Assembly (NCBI GenBank): GCA_033762715.1
Contig: JANRLL010000009.1
Location: 1,662 to 65,661, forward strand
DNA length: 64,000 nt
Source of the DNA: Rickettsiales bacterium
GTDB taxonomy: Bacteria; Pseudomonadota; Alphaproteobacteria; Rickettsiales; SXRF01
Direction of reading: 5' to 3'
A model generated the notes under the pieces. That model was given only the letters and a program-made list of their open reading frames with translations. It ran no database searches and was not told where the DNA came from. Below are positions 1 to 8,902 of the stretch, one piece after another. The first letter of the stretch is position 1. Each line of letters begins with the position of its first letter. Made by a program: the position numbers and the translations under genes.

Positions 1-687
1 AATTTCACGCCCAATCCCACCAACTATGCCAAATGGCTGGTCGGTGATTTTGTTAAAGTGCGCCGTCGTTTATTGCTCGGCGAATCGGTGCCGGAGCGTC
101 GTGCAGCGGATGGCAGTGCGGTGACTAATTATTATAAGCTCGATCCCGAATCGAATGCGGTCAAAACCAACTATACGACAGTGCGTTTTACGCGGCCTGG
201 CTTGAGTGAGAATTTCTCACTTGCGATTAAACATAACGGTCCTTATATGGGCGCGCTGCCGGCCATTGCCGAGCTCGCCTGGTTTCGCATCGTGGCCGTG
301 GTGCGCAACCCTATCGATGTGATCCATTCCTGGCGCTCACTCGACTTGCCGATCAGCCGCGGTGAAATGCCTAATGCGACAGCTTATTGGCCAGCGCTGG
401 CTGAACTTACTGCCCGCCCGATGGATCTGCTGGAACGGCAGGTGCGCATTTATGATCTGATCTGTCGTCGCCTGGTTGATTTGCGCCCCTATATCCACCT
501 GCTCACCTATGAGGCCTTGCGTGCAGATCCGCAAGCGCTCACCCAGGCAACTGCTATTGCCGGTGAACCCAACCGCGCGCTCATCGATAAACCGTCGCGC
601 GAAGTGCCGGTGGAAGAACGCGATAAAATTCACGCCGCGCTGCGTTATTTTGGGGAATATTACCGCGCCTTCTATCCGGATATGTGA
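1..687 (+). CDS. sulfotransferase-family protein (5' truncated by window edge)
   Basis: Frame is open from base 1. Motif IVAVVRNPIDVIHSW resembles the sulfotransferase 3'-phosphate-binding RxPxD..S motif; LLTYEAL..DP follows. Confidence 0.6.
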   Translation, partial: NFTPNPTNYAKWLVGDFVKVRRRLLLGESVPERRAADGSAVTNYYKLDPESNAVKTNYTTVRFTRPGLSENFSLAIKHNGPYMGALPAIAELAWFRIVAVVRNPIDVIHSWRSLDLPISRGEMPNATAYWPALAELTARPMDLLERQVRIYDLICRRLVDLRPYIHLLTYEALRADPQALTQATAIAGEPNRALIDKPSREVPVEERDKIHAALRYFGEYYRAFYPDM

Positions 688-774
688 TTATTCACGGATA
701 CTAATAGCGCCTTAGCCTCTTCCTCTATCCTTATCAAAATTCGGTAGGGGCGGGATTTTGGATAATTTTTAGGG

Positions 775-899
775 CGCAGCCGCGAGATTGATGATCGGCC
801 TCCTGGCCAATCACCGTCAAGCAGCGGCTCGGCTCATGCCTGCGCCGTCCATTTTTTCTTGCTGAAAAAATGACGAACTACGTTCTCATCGCGGTTGCG
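775..899. repeat. structured palindromic intergenic element (three-way junction)
   Basis: Outer stem 775-785/889-899; inner hairpins 792-813 (loop TCCT) and 850-872 (loop TTGCT). Confidence 0.55.
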
Positions 900-902
900 T
901 GG

Positions 903-939
903 ATTATTCATATAGGGCATTTAGCCCTTTATGAATAAT
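903..939 (-). terminator. hairpin directly 3' of the tRNA-Arg 3' end copy; probable native tRNA terminator displaced by the island
   Basis: attattcatatagggc-attta-gccctttatgaataat is a near-perfect inverted repeat abutting the CCA end. Confidence 0.45.
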
Positions 940-986
940 GGCGCACCCGAGACGATTCGAACGTCCGACCTTTGCCTTCGGAGGGC
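938..986 (-). repeat. att site: 49-bp duplication of the tRNA-Arg(CCG) 3' part
   Basis: Identical to 10763-10811 (atggcgcacccgagacgattcgaacgtccgacctttgccttcggagggc). Confidence 0.95.
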
Positions 987-1137
987 GTTATTTCTCATGT
1001 GCTTCCATAAATCTTAGTGCATCACCATGCACAAGCAACGGTAAAATATACCATTGATATATCAGTATAATATATAGCTATTTTATAGGCGAGGGTTGTT
1101 CATTCTTGTGCATTGAATGTTTTTCTGGCACATTCGA

Positions 1138-1159
1138 TGTGGACTTATGGAGGACTTAC
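1138..1159 (+). promoter_or_regulatory. probable integrase arm-type binding site (tandem GGACTTA), overlapping the integrase RBS
   Basis: tgtggacttatggaggacttac matches 10685-10706 at 21 of 22 positions. Confidence 0.7.
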
Positions 1160-1163
1160 GGAC

Positions 1164-2414
1164 ATGAAATCACGAATCACCAACAGCACCGCCGAGAAAG
1201 CTCCGCAGCAAGCAACCCCGTATGAAATCCGTGATGCGGATATAAAAGGTTTCCTGCTGCGAGTGCAGCCGTCTGGCGTGAAGACCTACTATTATTCATT
1301 CCGCGCGCCTGATGGAAAGAAACAGCGGATATGGATTGGCAAGCATGGGAGCATTACCGCCACCCAAGCGCGGGATGCAGCGGCAATCCACGCAGGTAAG
1401 GTAACGCTGGGCGAAAACGTGCAGGAAGAAAAGAAGCAAACCCGCATTAAGACCGAGCAAACCAAATTCCGCACATTGGAAGGGTTCATCGAGCATAAAT
1501 ACAAGCCGTGGGTGGAAGCAGAGCGCAAAACAGGTGAGACATCTATCAAGCGGCTAAAAAAGAACTTTGCTCATTTGCTTAGTCGCCCGCTTGATGACAT
1601 CAATACATGGGCAGTTGAAAAATGGCGCGGGGAGCGCTTGAAAGAGGGCATTAAACCCGCCACCGTAAACCGAGATATTACGACACTCAAAGCCGCATTA
1701 TCAAAAGCGGTGGATTGGGATGTGATTGATAAAAACCCACTGGCAAAACTCAAGCGGGTAAAAACCGATAATCAAGGCAAGGTGCGCTACCTCAAGCCAG
1801 AGGAAGAAAAGCGTTTGCGGGCTGCGCTCGATGCGCGGGAAGAGCGAATCAGACAAGAGCGTGCCAGTGCTAATGAATGGCGGGCAGTACGTGGATATGA
1901 GCTTTACCGTGATTTGATCGGGCAGGCATTGGTCGATCACCTCAAGCCGCTTGTACTGTTGGCACTAAACACAGGGATGCGGCGCGGCGAGCTATTTCAG
2001 TTATGCTGGGAGAATGTATCATTTGCTAAGGGCACGCTTACCATCGAGGGTGCAGACGCTAAGAGTGGTAAAACCCGCCATATTCCGCTGAACAAAGAAG
2101 CATTGCAGATGCTTAAAGATTGGCGCGGCGATAACAAAAAACCTACTGGCCTTGTCTTTCCTAGCCATACGGGAAAGCCTCTCGATAACGTAAAGAAGGC
2201 ATGGGAGAATTTATTGTTTGATGCCAAAATCAAAAACTTTCGGTGGCATGACATGCGCCACCATTTTGCTTCCAAGCTAGTGATGGCGGGGGTTGATCTA
2301 AATACCGTGCGCGAATTGCTAGGGCATAGTGATTACACCATGACGCTGCGCTATGCCCACCTTGCGCCAGAGCATAAGAAAGAGGCGGTAGAAAGGTTGG
2401 TATTCAATGGTTGA
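1164..2414 (+). CDS. tyrosine recombinase/integrase with N-terminal arm-binding domain
   Basis: GGAGG RBS at 1149-1153 and ATG at 1164; motifs TGMRRGE, HDMRH, LGHS and TLRYAH; N-terminal GFLLRVQPSGVKTY. Confidence 0.95.
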   Translation: MKSRITNSTAEKAPQQATPYEIRDADIKGFLLRVQPSGVKTYYYSFRAPDGKKQRIWIGKHGSITATQARDAAAIHAGKVTLGENVQEEKKQTRIKTEQTKFRTLEGFIEHKYKPWVEAERKTGETSIKRLKKNFAHLLSRPLDDINTWAVEKWRGERLKEGIKPATVNRDITTLKAALSKAVDWDVIDKNPLAKLKRVKTDNQGKVRYLKPEEEKRLRAALDAREERIRQERASANEWRAVRGYELYRDLIGQALVDHLKPLVLLALNTGMRRGELFQLCWENVSFAKGTLTIEGADAKSGKTRHIPLNKEALQMLKDWRGDNKKPTGLVFPSHTGKPLDNVKKAWENLLFDAKIKNFRWHDMRHHFASKLVMAGVDLNTVRELLGHSDYTMTLRYAHLAPEHKKEAVERLVFNG

Positions 2415-2859
2415 ACTTAATATCAATTGGCTTCAAGATTACCTAGAAAAGGCAAGAAAAGGATATGGGGAATACTCTTCAAAAATAGTTGCTTTGATTT
2501 TGCGTGAGCTTGAGAGTAGTCCTACTCTTTCCAATGACACGCGAAGCTATTTGATTGAGGTATTTAGAAAGATAACCGAAGGGCAATCACCAAATCACGC
2601 ATTCTACTTTGAATTTGGAAAGGATATTAAAAATAAGCAAGATCACTTTATGCGTGATTATTATCTTGCGCGCGAAGTGCGCTATCAGATGGCGCAAGGT
2701 AAAACATTAGATGATGCCTGCGAATATGTTTTCAAAAATATTGAGCCTCACACAGGCACTAGCAAACTTCGGAAGATTTATTCGTATTTCGCAGAAGCCC
2801 TAAATATTGAAGAAGATGATTGGCGCGAAGCAGAAAATAATAAAAAAGTCAGTTCATAA
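2407..2859 (+). CDS. hypothetical protein, possible HTH regulator of the element
   Basis: 150-aa ORF overlapping the integrase stop; helical C-terminus (GKTLDDACEYV...SKLRKIY) resembles an HTH. Confidence 0.6.
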   Translation: MVELNINWLQDYLEKARKGYGEYSSKIVALILRELESSPTLSNDTRSYLIEVFRKITEGQSPNHAFYFEFGKDIKNKQDHFMRDYYLAREVRYQMAQGKTLDDACEYVFKNIEPHTGTSKLRKIYSYFAEALNIEEDDWREAENNKKVSS

Positions 2860-2885
2860 TTTGTGCCTAATAGCATGAACTGACT
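2847..2885. promoter_or_regulatory. 11-bp inverted repeat (operator or terminator) upstream of the AlpA-like gene
   Basis: agtcagttcat-N17-atgaactgact, followed by a T run. Confidence 0.5.
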
Positions 2886-2934
2886 GTTTTTGCTTCGTTC
2901 TCTAGTGTGCTCCCATAACCAATGGAGGCACACT

Positions 2935-3192
2935 ATGCAACTCAACAAATCATTTGAAAAGAAAGCCCTAACAGAGAAGGAAGCCGCCTCTTACATCGGC
3001 ATGAGCCGTTCTTTTCTCCGTCATGCGCGTATAGATGGTAATCGGGAGGGGCACACGTCAGCCCCCAAGTTTATCAAAATTGGCAGAGCTGTTCGTTATC
3101 CAAAAGAAGAGCTTGATTCGTGGCTGGCTCACTTCCCGCGCAAATCTCATATTTATGAGGCAAGCCAAAAACCGCTGATGGGAGAGCGGTGA
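2935..3192 (+). CDS. AlpA/excisionase-like HTH protein
   Basis: GGAGG RBS at 2924-2928; LTEKEAASYIGMSRSFL...PKFIKIGRAVRY..EELDSWL. Confidence 0.85.
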   Translation: MQLNKSFEKKALTEKEAASYIGMSRSFLRHARIDGNREGHTSAPKFIKIGRAVRYPKEELDSWLAHFPRKSHIYEASQKPLMGER

Positions 3193-4034
3193 TGATGGCT
3201 ATTGAGATAGCCAAAGCCCTCAATGGTAAGAAATCGGGGCGTGGGTGGCTATGTAAGTGCCCTGCACATGATGATAGCAAGGCTTCCCTTAGCATTGCAG
3301 ATGGTGAAAACGGTAAGCTATTGGTATATTGCCATGCTAGATGCGATGCCCGTGTAGTGCTAGAAAAATTAAGGTCGCGAGGCTTTCTAAGAAATGATTC
3401 TACGTCAAAATCACCCTCCAAAGATGCACCAAAACCAACGCTTACTATAATAAAAGAGTGGTCAGCCGAAGCTATTAATCTTTGGCGGAGAACGACTGCT
3501 TTACGTGGGAGCCTCGCGGAAAACTACCTGCTGGCGCGTGGTTGTAATATTCCTGATTGTGACGATTTGCGCTTTTTATCGAATTATAAGGGCTGGCCTG
3601 CAATGGTTGCGCGGGTGACATGCCCGCTGACGAATGCCCCGTTTACCCTCCATTTCACTCTATTGGATCATGATGGCAGGCGGAAGGCTCCTGTCGAGAA
3701 ACAAAAACTTTGGTTGTTTGGGCATCGAAGCAAAGGAGGCGTTATTCGCCTCTCGCGTGATGAAGATGTAACGATGGGGCTGGCGATAGCAGAGGGCATT
3801 GAAACCGCTTTATGCTGTGATTGGAAGCCCATATGGGCAACGGGGAGTGCTGGAAACATGGCGCTCTTCCCCGTGTTAAATGGTATTGAAGCTCTGTCCA
3901 TTTTCGCTGACCACGATAAATCTGGCACTGGGCTGTCATCTGCAAAGCAATGCGCTGCAAGGTGGCAAAAGGCTGGCCGTGAAGTACGATTTACGATGCC
4001 CCCGCATGTTGGCACTGATTGGGCTGACTTATGA
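3189..4034 (+). CDS. primase: Zn-finger plus TOPRIM domain
   Basis: CKCPAHDD...YCHARC zinc-binding motif; TOPRIM motifs AEGIETAL and IFADHD. Confidence 0.85.
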   Translation: MMMAIEIAKALNGKKSGRGWLCKCPAHDDSKASLSIADGENGKLLVYCHARCDARVVLEKLRSRGFLRNDSTSKSPSKDAPKPTLTIIKEWSAEAINLWRRTTALRGSLAENYLLARGCNIPDCDDLRFLSNYKGWPAMVARVTCPLTNAPFTLHFTLLDHDGRRKAPVEKQKLWLFGHRSKGGVIRLSRDEDVTMGLAIAEGIETALCCDWKPIWATGSAGNMALFPVLNGIEALSIFADHDKSGTGLSSAKQCAARWQKAGREVRFTMPPHVGTDWADL

Positions 4035-5269
4035 ATCCAGCAAAAGATGCAATGAATGCTGAGTGGGAATCTGGTGCTTCTGATGAGGCAAATGTAGAAA
4101 TAGAAGTGCCGCTGACACCCCTTTTTTCTCTTGAAGATGTGCGGGTTGGAAAATGGATTGAAACTGCACCACCGCCCCGTCGATGGGTGATCGAGGACAG
4201 CTTGCCATTGCGTAAAACGGGAATTGTTGTGGCACCTGGAGGCACTGGAAAATCGCAGTGGGCAATTCAATTGATACTTTCGGTAGCAACGGGCACAGCT
4301 TTGGCTAATTGCTGGGATATTGGAGAGAGCGGAACTGTATTGGCCTTGTTTGCGGAAGAAGAAGCGGAAGAGCTACATCGCAGACTATATTCTACAGTTC
4401 AAGCCATGAATCCTGATAGTGAGAAATTAGAATCGATAAAAAAGCGCGTATTGATAAAAAGCGTGGTCGGAGAAAATAATTTTATGACTGGTAAGAACAA
4501 GGACGGTGAGCTTGGAGAAACAGATTATCTAGAAAGATTGCTGCTGGCTATTGAGGAAATAAAAAACATAAAACTCATTATTATTGATCCCATAAGCAGA
4601 TTTAGAGGCGGCAATGAAATCGATAATGATGACGCAACACGTTTTGTTGTCGTCTTGGAAAAACTCTCAAAGCTAACTGGAGCAACAGTTATTGGGCTGC
4701 ATCACGCGAGCAAAGCGAGCATGAACGAAAGCAACTCTAATCAATCGGCATCGCGCGGTGCTTCTGCTTTAGTTGATGGCGTAAGGTGGGTCATGAACAT
4801 GCAGACCATGACGGAAGCAGAAGCAAAAATCTATAATATACCGAAAGATTCGAGGGGGTATTATGTAAAATTCACAGTCACAAAAAATAATTATGCGGCA
4901 CCACAAAGCGGCGAAATCTGGCTGTTTCGTGGCGAGAATGGTGTACTAAGCAAGGCAATTTTGCATGGCGGCAAAGAAGAATTTCAACATAAACTCAAGA
5001 AGAAAATTTTGGATGCCGTCTCCCTTAGCGCCGCAAAAGGCGAGGAATACACTCGAAGGGCATTTAGTAAGAAATATGCTGGGGTAAGAAATGAATTTGG
5101 GGTAGGTGATCATAAGCTTCGGGATATAATAGAAGAGCTTTTGGAGGACAAAAAATTGTGCCTCCAGCCCCCTAAAAAGCTGGGCAGGAATCAGGGTAAT
5201 ATATTAGCTCTCCCATCATCTCTGGAAGAAAAAGCAGAGAAATATAGGAGGGAATCGAATGGTGAATGA
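4031..5269 (+). CDS. RepA-like (AAA_25) replicative helicase
   Basis: Walker A APGGTGKS, Walker B LIIIDP, plus HHASK and RGASALVDGVRW; ATGA overlap with the primase. Confidence 0.88.
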   Translation: MNPAKDAMNAEWESGASDEANVEIEVPLTPLFSLEDVRVGKWIETAPPPRRWVIEDSLPLRKTGIVVAPGGTGKSQWAIQLILSVATGTALANCWDIGESGTVLALFAEEEAEELHRRLYSTVQAMNPDSEKLESIKKRVLIKSVVGENNFMTGKNKDGELGETDYLERLLLAIEEIKNIKLIIIDPISRFRGGNEIDNDDATRFVVVLEKLSKLTGATVIGLHHASKASMNESNSNQSASRGASALVDGVRWVMNMQTMTEAEAKIYNIPKDSRGYYVKFTVTKNNYAAPQSGEIWLFRGENGVLSKAILHGGKEEFQHKLKKKILDAVSLSAAKGEEYTRRAFSKKYAGVRNEFGVGDHKLRDIIEELLEDKKLCLQPPKKLGRNQGNILALPSSLEEKAEKYRRESNGE

Positions 5270-5270
5270 G

Positions 5271-5481
5271 TGTGTGGCAGTATATGGCAGATTCTTGCTG
5301 CCGCGCAAAATAGCAATGCTAAGAGCCAATCTTTTGTGTGGCAGTCGTCTAGTGTGGCAATTTAAAGAGCAACACAATATTATTCATATTATCCAGTATA
5401 TTAGATGTGTGGCGGTTTTTACCCCTAAAGGGGGAAGAAAAAAGTGCCCCGCCAGCACTTTTTTCATTCCTGTGTGGGCAG
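5271..5481. repeat. iteron-like cluster (TGTGTGGCAG variants), probable replication origin of the element
   Basis: Copies at 5271, 5281, 5335, 5351, 5406 and 5471, an inverted variant at 5298-5307, and an AT-rich spacer at about 5360-5405. Confidence 0.65.
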
Positions 5482-5534
5482 GTAGGCAATCGAAAATTTT
5501 CTGGAATCGTAGTTATTAGCAAGGGCTACAGGCG

Positions 5535-6041
5535 ATGGAAAAAACTGATATGGAACAGTGGAAACAGAGCAAATCAAAACCGTGGCAATTTAAACCCGGC
5601 GTTTCAGGGAATCCGGCAGGCAGGCCTAGGGGGGCATTCGGCAATGCTAGAATTACCACCGAAATAGGCATGGAAACCCTTGATAAATTAGAGGACATGA
5701 CAAAACGGGAGCTAATCGCGCTTATTAGGCGCGTGAGCGGGGCGATGTGGGGCATCGGCATTATGACGGACGAAGAAGCCTATGATGCCATTTGCCTTAA
5801 ACTGCTGCATGGAGGTCTAACGCAGACAGATACATGGAAGGCGCTGCCGCCGCTCAAGGAGTGGGCAGACCGCAAGCGTGGCAAGCCAGCGCAGTCCATA
5901 GCCATGAAGGTTGAGGTTGATCCTATTCAAAAAATGAGTACGGAAAGGTTATTGCGTTTGGAGAATGAGCTAGCACGAAGCATAGGGCAAGAGCCAACAA
6001 TCATTCCGCCCATGCCGGAATTACTGGGCGATGATGATTAA
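5535..6041 (+). CDS. DUF5681-motif protein, terminase small subunit-like
   Basis: PWQFKPGVSGNPAGRPRG motif; C-terminal DRKRGKPAQSI resembles TerS-like proteins. Confidence 0.65.
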   Translation: MEKTDMEQWKQSKSKPWQFKPGVSGNPAGRPRGAFGNARITTEIGMETLDKLEDMTKRELIALIRRVSGAMWGIGIMTDEEAYDAICLKLLHGGLTQTDTWKALPPLKEWADRKRGKPAQSIAMKVEVDPIQKMSTERLLRLENELARSIGQEPTIIPPMPELLGDDD

Positions 6042-6358
6042 AGAATCGGGTGGTACACCCCCGCCGTACTCCCCCCAATATGAGAGCGGGATTTACTATA
6101 TATCTTCGTGCCCATAGCGGCGAGGATTATGTCACTTAAGGATTTAAAATCATCACTGACGTGAACCAACCATGTTGGAGCATTGCCGCTGCTCAAATCT
6201 AATTGCGTCACAGCATATGCACGTAATAGGCATGGCACGCAGCGAGTATTTCCGCGAATGTTGGTGAGCTTATTAGTGCCAGAATGCCGCTCAAAAGTAA
6301 GAATCTTAGTTCACGATTTGCCAAATTTTATCCTTGTTTCGAAAATGTATCTTTAAGC

Positions 6359-7189
6359 CTAACAAACTTCTTTCATTCTTGCTTCTTCAAGTACTCTTAA
6401 TGCTCCCTGCAAAGGTTGCATTTCTGCGAAATACTCGGCTGAAGGATGCAAGGCTAGGTATGCTTCTAATGCGTGAAGCATTACCGCTACTGCCGTCCTC
6501 AATACATCAGTTCCTTGCGCCTCATCAGGCCCCCATGCAATGCTTTTTAATCTGCCAGATTCATCCAATTCAACATGCCCACCTAAGCATCTCACGCCAG
6601 AATGAACCGTTGAGCTGAAAACTGAATAAATGGCGTGAAAGAAGTCGCTCATCCCTGCGTACTCAGCAATGCGCTCTATTGGCAATCCCGATTCCAGGCC
6701 TGCGGCTTTGTTCTGCTTATTAAGTTCTTTCACTTGAAGCTTTGCCAATCTTTCTACTTCGGCAATTTCTGCGCGTTCTGCTTCAGTTAAAAGCGAAGCC
6801 TCATCAGATACAGCCAACAAACTGGCAGCTAATCGTTGCTGTGCCTGTGAATCCCAATCTGCCAGTTTGTAGCAGAAATCCTCATGATTAACACAAGCCA
6901 CTAGCGAAAATGCTGTTTCCAAAAGCACGCGCGCTAATGAAGTTGAACTATATGAAAGATTTCTTTCCTCTAATATAATGGTGCCTTGATAATGCTCCAG
7001 CATGCGTGCCAAGAGAGCCGCAATCATCAATCCGCGATCACCCTTAGGTATTGAATAGAGAAATACTTTTTGACCAAGGCGATTTACATCGCGGGCTAGG
7101 CCTAATTCGGCACCCTTCACTTGCTCATTTTCACGAACCCAAAATTCTATGTCCGTAGCTAAAAAGCCTTCATCTAGTATGTTGCTCAT
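6359..7189 (-). CDS. DUF5677-like helical protein (cargo)
   Basis: 276-aa ORF with ARVLLE and YSVFSSTVHS motifs typical of DUF5677. Confidence 0.6.
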   Translation of the reverse strand: MSNILDEGFLATDIEFWVRENEQVKGAELGLARDVNRLGQKVFLYSIPKGDRGLMIAALLARMLEHYQGTIILEERNLSYSSTSLARVLLETAFSLVACVNHEDFCYKLADWDSQAQQRLAASLLAVSDEASLLTEAERAEIAEVERLAKLQVKELNKQNKAAGLESGLPIERIAEYAGMSDFFHAIYSVFSSTVHSGVRCLGGHVELDESGRLKSIAWGPDEAQGTDVLRTAVAVMLHALEAYLALHPSAEYFAEMQPLQGALRVLEEARMKEVC

Positions 7190-7418
7190 GCATAAGCATT
7201 TAGCAGCGTACCGTCGGAATGTCTGCCAGTTTTGTCGTATAATTTGGAGATTTTAATTCTCGCCGCATTCCCCATGTGGCTCGCATACTTTCGATTGACG
7301 CTTTGGCCTGTTCCTCTGTGCCGCAACGTAGATCGTATCTGAGCCATGCATGCGGTTATTAACCCAATATCAATGCGATCGAACCGGCATGGAAGACATT
7401 ATACCTAGACAGCGGTTT

Positions 7419-7673
7419 TTATGTCTTACGTAGGGCATCCTTCACTTTATCGAGAATATCCAATTTTATGCCCAAGGCGTGCAGCCAGTCGTTTAGCTCA
7501 AGCACATCCAACCTTCTTTGCCCTAATTCTATTTTGGAAATATTCTGTCGAGAAATAGCCAGTTTGGCGGAAAGCTCCTCCTGCGTGATGGCTTTTCTCT
7601 TCCTAGCCTTCACTAAAAGCTCTATCAATTCGCTATAGCGGGAATCGTAAACGCTGGGCTTTCTCTTTTTCAT
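7419..7673 (-). CDS. XRE-family HTH transcriptional regulator
   Basis: ARKRKAITQEELSAKLAISRQNISKIELGQRRLDVLEL; ATG at 7673. Confidence 0.88.
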   Translation of the reverse strand: MKKRKPSVYDSRYSELIELLVKARKRKAITQEELSAKLAISRQNISKIELGQRRLDVLELNDWLHALGIKLDILDKVKDALRKT

Positions 7674-7684
7674 AAAAGAGATAT

Positions 7685-7718
7685 TGCGCGATAATCGCGA
7701 ATGCGCCAAAATCGCGCA
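7685..7718. promoter_or_regulatory. two abutting 17-bp palindromic operators
   Basis: TGCGCGATAATCGCGAA (7685-7701) and TGCGCCAAAATCGCGCA (7702-7718) lie between divergent genes. Confidence 0.6.
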
Positions 7719-7785
7719 TTATTAAGCTGCCTATCGTATCTTGCATAATGCGTGTCATGTGAGCTTGTTTTTTGAGGAGCATCCA

Positions 7786-8259
7786 ATGAAACCAATATTT
7801 CTTCTATCAATCGCTATCATGGCACTGAGTGCCTGCGCTCCCACGCAGCAGCAAAGCCTGCAAAGCTTATCCGAAAAAGAGCGATTGGCAGCGGCGCATG
7901 ATGAGCTGGAAAGCGTCATGAAAAAGCGCGACAAGCAAGTACAGGATGCCGAGAATCTTGCAAAACCTGCAAAGGACGCGTGCATAGAAAAACGCCAAGC
8001 GGGGGTTATCAAAACATATGAGGAATCCGCACAGTGTTCAAATCAAGCGATAGTTTTTGCCTTTGAGCGCGTAGAATTCCCCTACATGGACTTGGTGCAA
8101 CAATACGCAGATAAGCGCGTAGAGCTTCTTAGAAAACTGGATAAAAAGGAAATCACACGCGCCACATTCAAAAAGCAATTCCGTGAATATCTAAAGACTT
8201 TCATGGATCAAACATATGCGCGGGATTCAGATAAATTGGTGGCGAAGTTTGCGGGGTGA
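7786..8259 (+). CDS. putative lipoprotein
   Basis: GAGGAG RBS; signal peptide MKPIFLLSIAIMALSAC with lipobox. Confidence 0.7.
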   Translation: MKPIFLLSIAIMALSACAPTQQQSLQSLSEKERLAAAHDELESVMKKRDKQVQDAENLAKPAKDACIEKRQAGVIKTYEESAQCSNQAIVFAFERVEFPYMDLVQQYADKRVELLRKLDKKEITRATFKKQFREYLKTFMDQTYARDSDKLVAKFAG

Positions 8260-8287
8260 AAATCTCTGTCTTGGAGCGAGGGTTGTA

Positions 8288-8791
8288 ATGATTAAACCTG
8301 TAATAAAATGTCTAGCCGTATTTGTAGGTGCATTGATGATCCTCGTTATGGGATTCTTTGGGCTGGGAGTATTAGCGCTTTACAAAGAAAAGAATGGCCT
8401 GCTTTCATTCGAGGTTATGGACTATCAGCTTATTTTGATATTTTTGGTATTCTATACTCTGTTCTTCTATATATATTTAGTCTTTAAGAAGGGCGTGGGT
8501 GTTAGACGGAAAGCATTGTGTTTTGTAGCTACCATAATTGCGGTTCCATTTAGCTATTTATTAGCCAAAAACATTATAGGAAAAATATTCGGTTTTTTGT
8601 TTAATCATTTGCAGTTTGATTGGCTCCTTTCTGCCATTTCCTCCATTTCCATGATAGAAATTTTTGTTTTTCTCATGAGCCCGAGCATCCTCGCTGCCGA
8701 AATAGCGTTTTATATTCAATTTCGCATTTTTCGTTACTACATCCCCAAAAATCGGAAATTGATTATGAATAAGGCACTGGAAATCCCCTAA
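8288..8791 (+). CDS. putative multi-pass membrane protein
   Basis: About four hydrophobic segments; follows the lipoprotein gene. Confidence 0.55.
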   Translation: MIKPVIKCLAVFVGALMILVMGFFGLGVLALYKEKNGLLSFEVMDYQLILIFLVFYTLFFYIYLVFKKGVGVRRKALCFVATIIAVPFSYLLAKNIIGKIFGFLFNHLQFDWLLSAISSISMIEIFVFLMSPSILAAEIAFYIQFRIFRYYIPKNRKLIMNKALEIP

Positions 8792-8902
8792 GCTGACCAG
8801 AATATACAAATGAGAGCCTTTGCTGGAGGTTGTATAACCTTAAGCTGGTCAAATAAAAAAAGTGCGGTATGATACGGTAAAATATTAATTATTGGCCGCG
8901 CA

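Noticed and set aside
938-986. Second tRNA-Arg gene
   Set aside because: Only the 3' part is present and the D-arm and 5' acceptor strand are missing, so this is the att duplication.
5259-5519. 86-aa ORF after the helicase
   Set aside because: It overlies the iteron-like repeats and has no recognisable protein features; probably non-coding.
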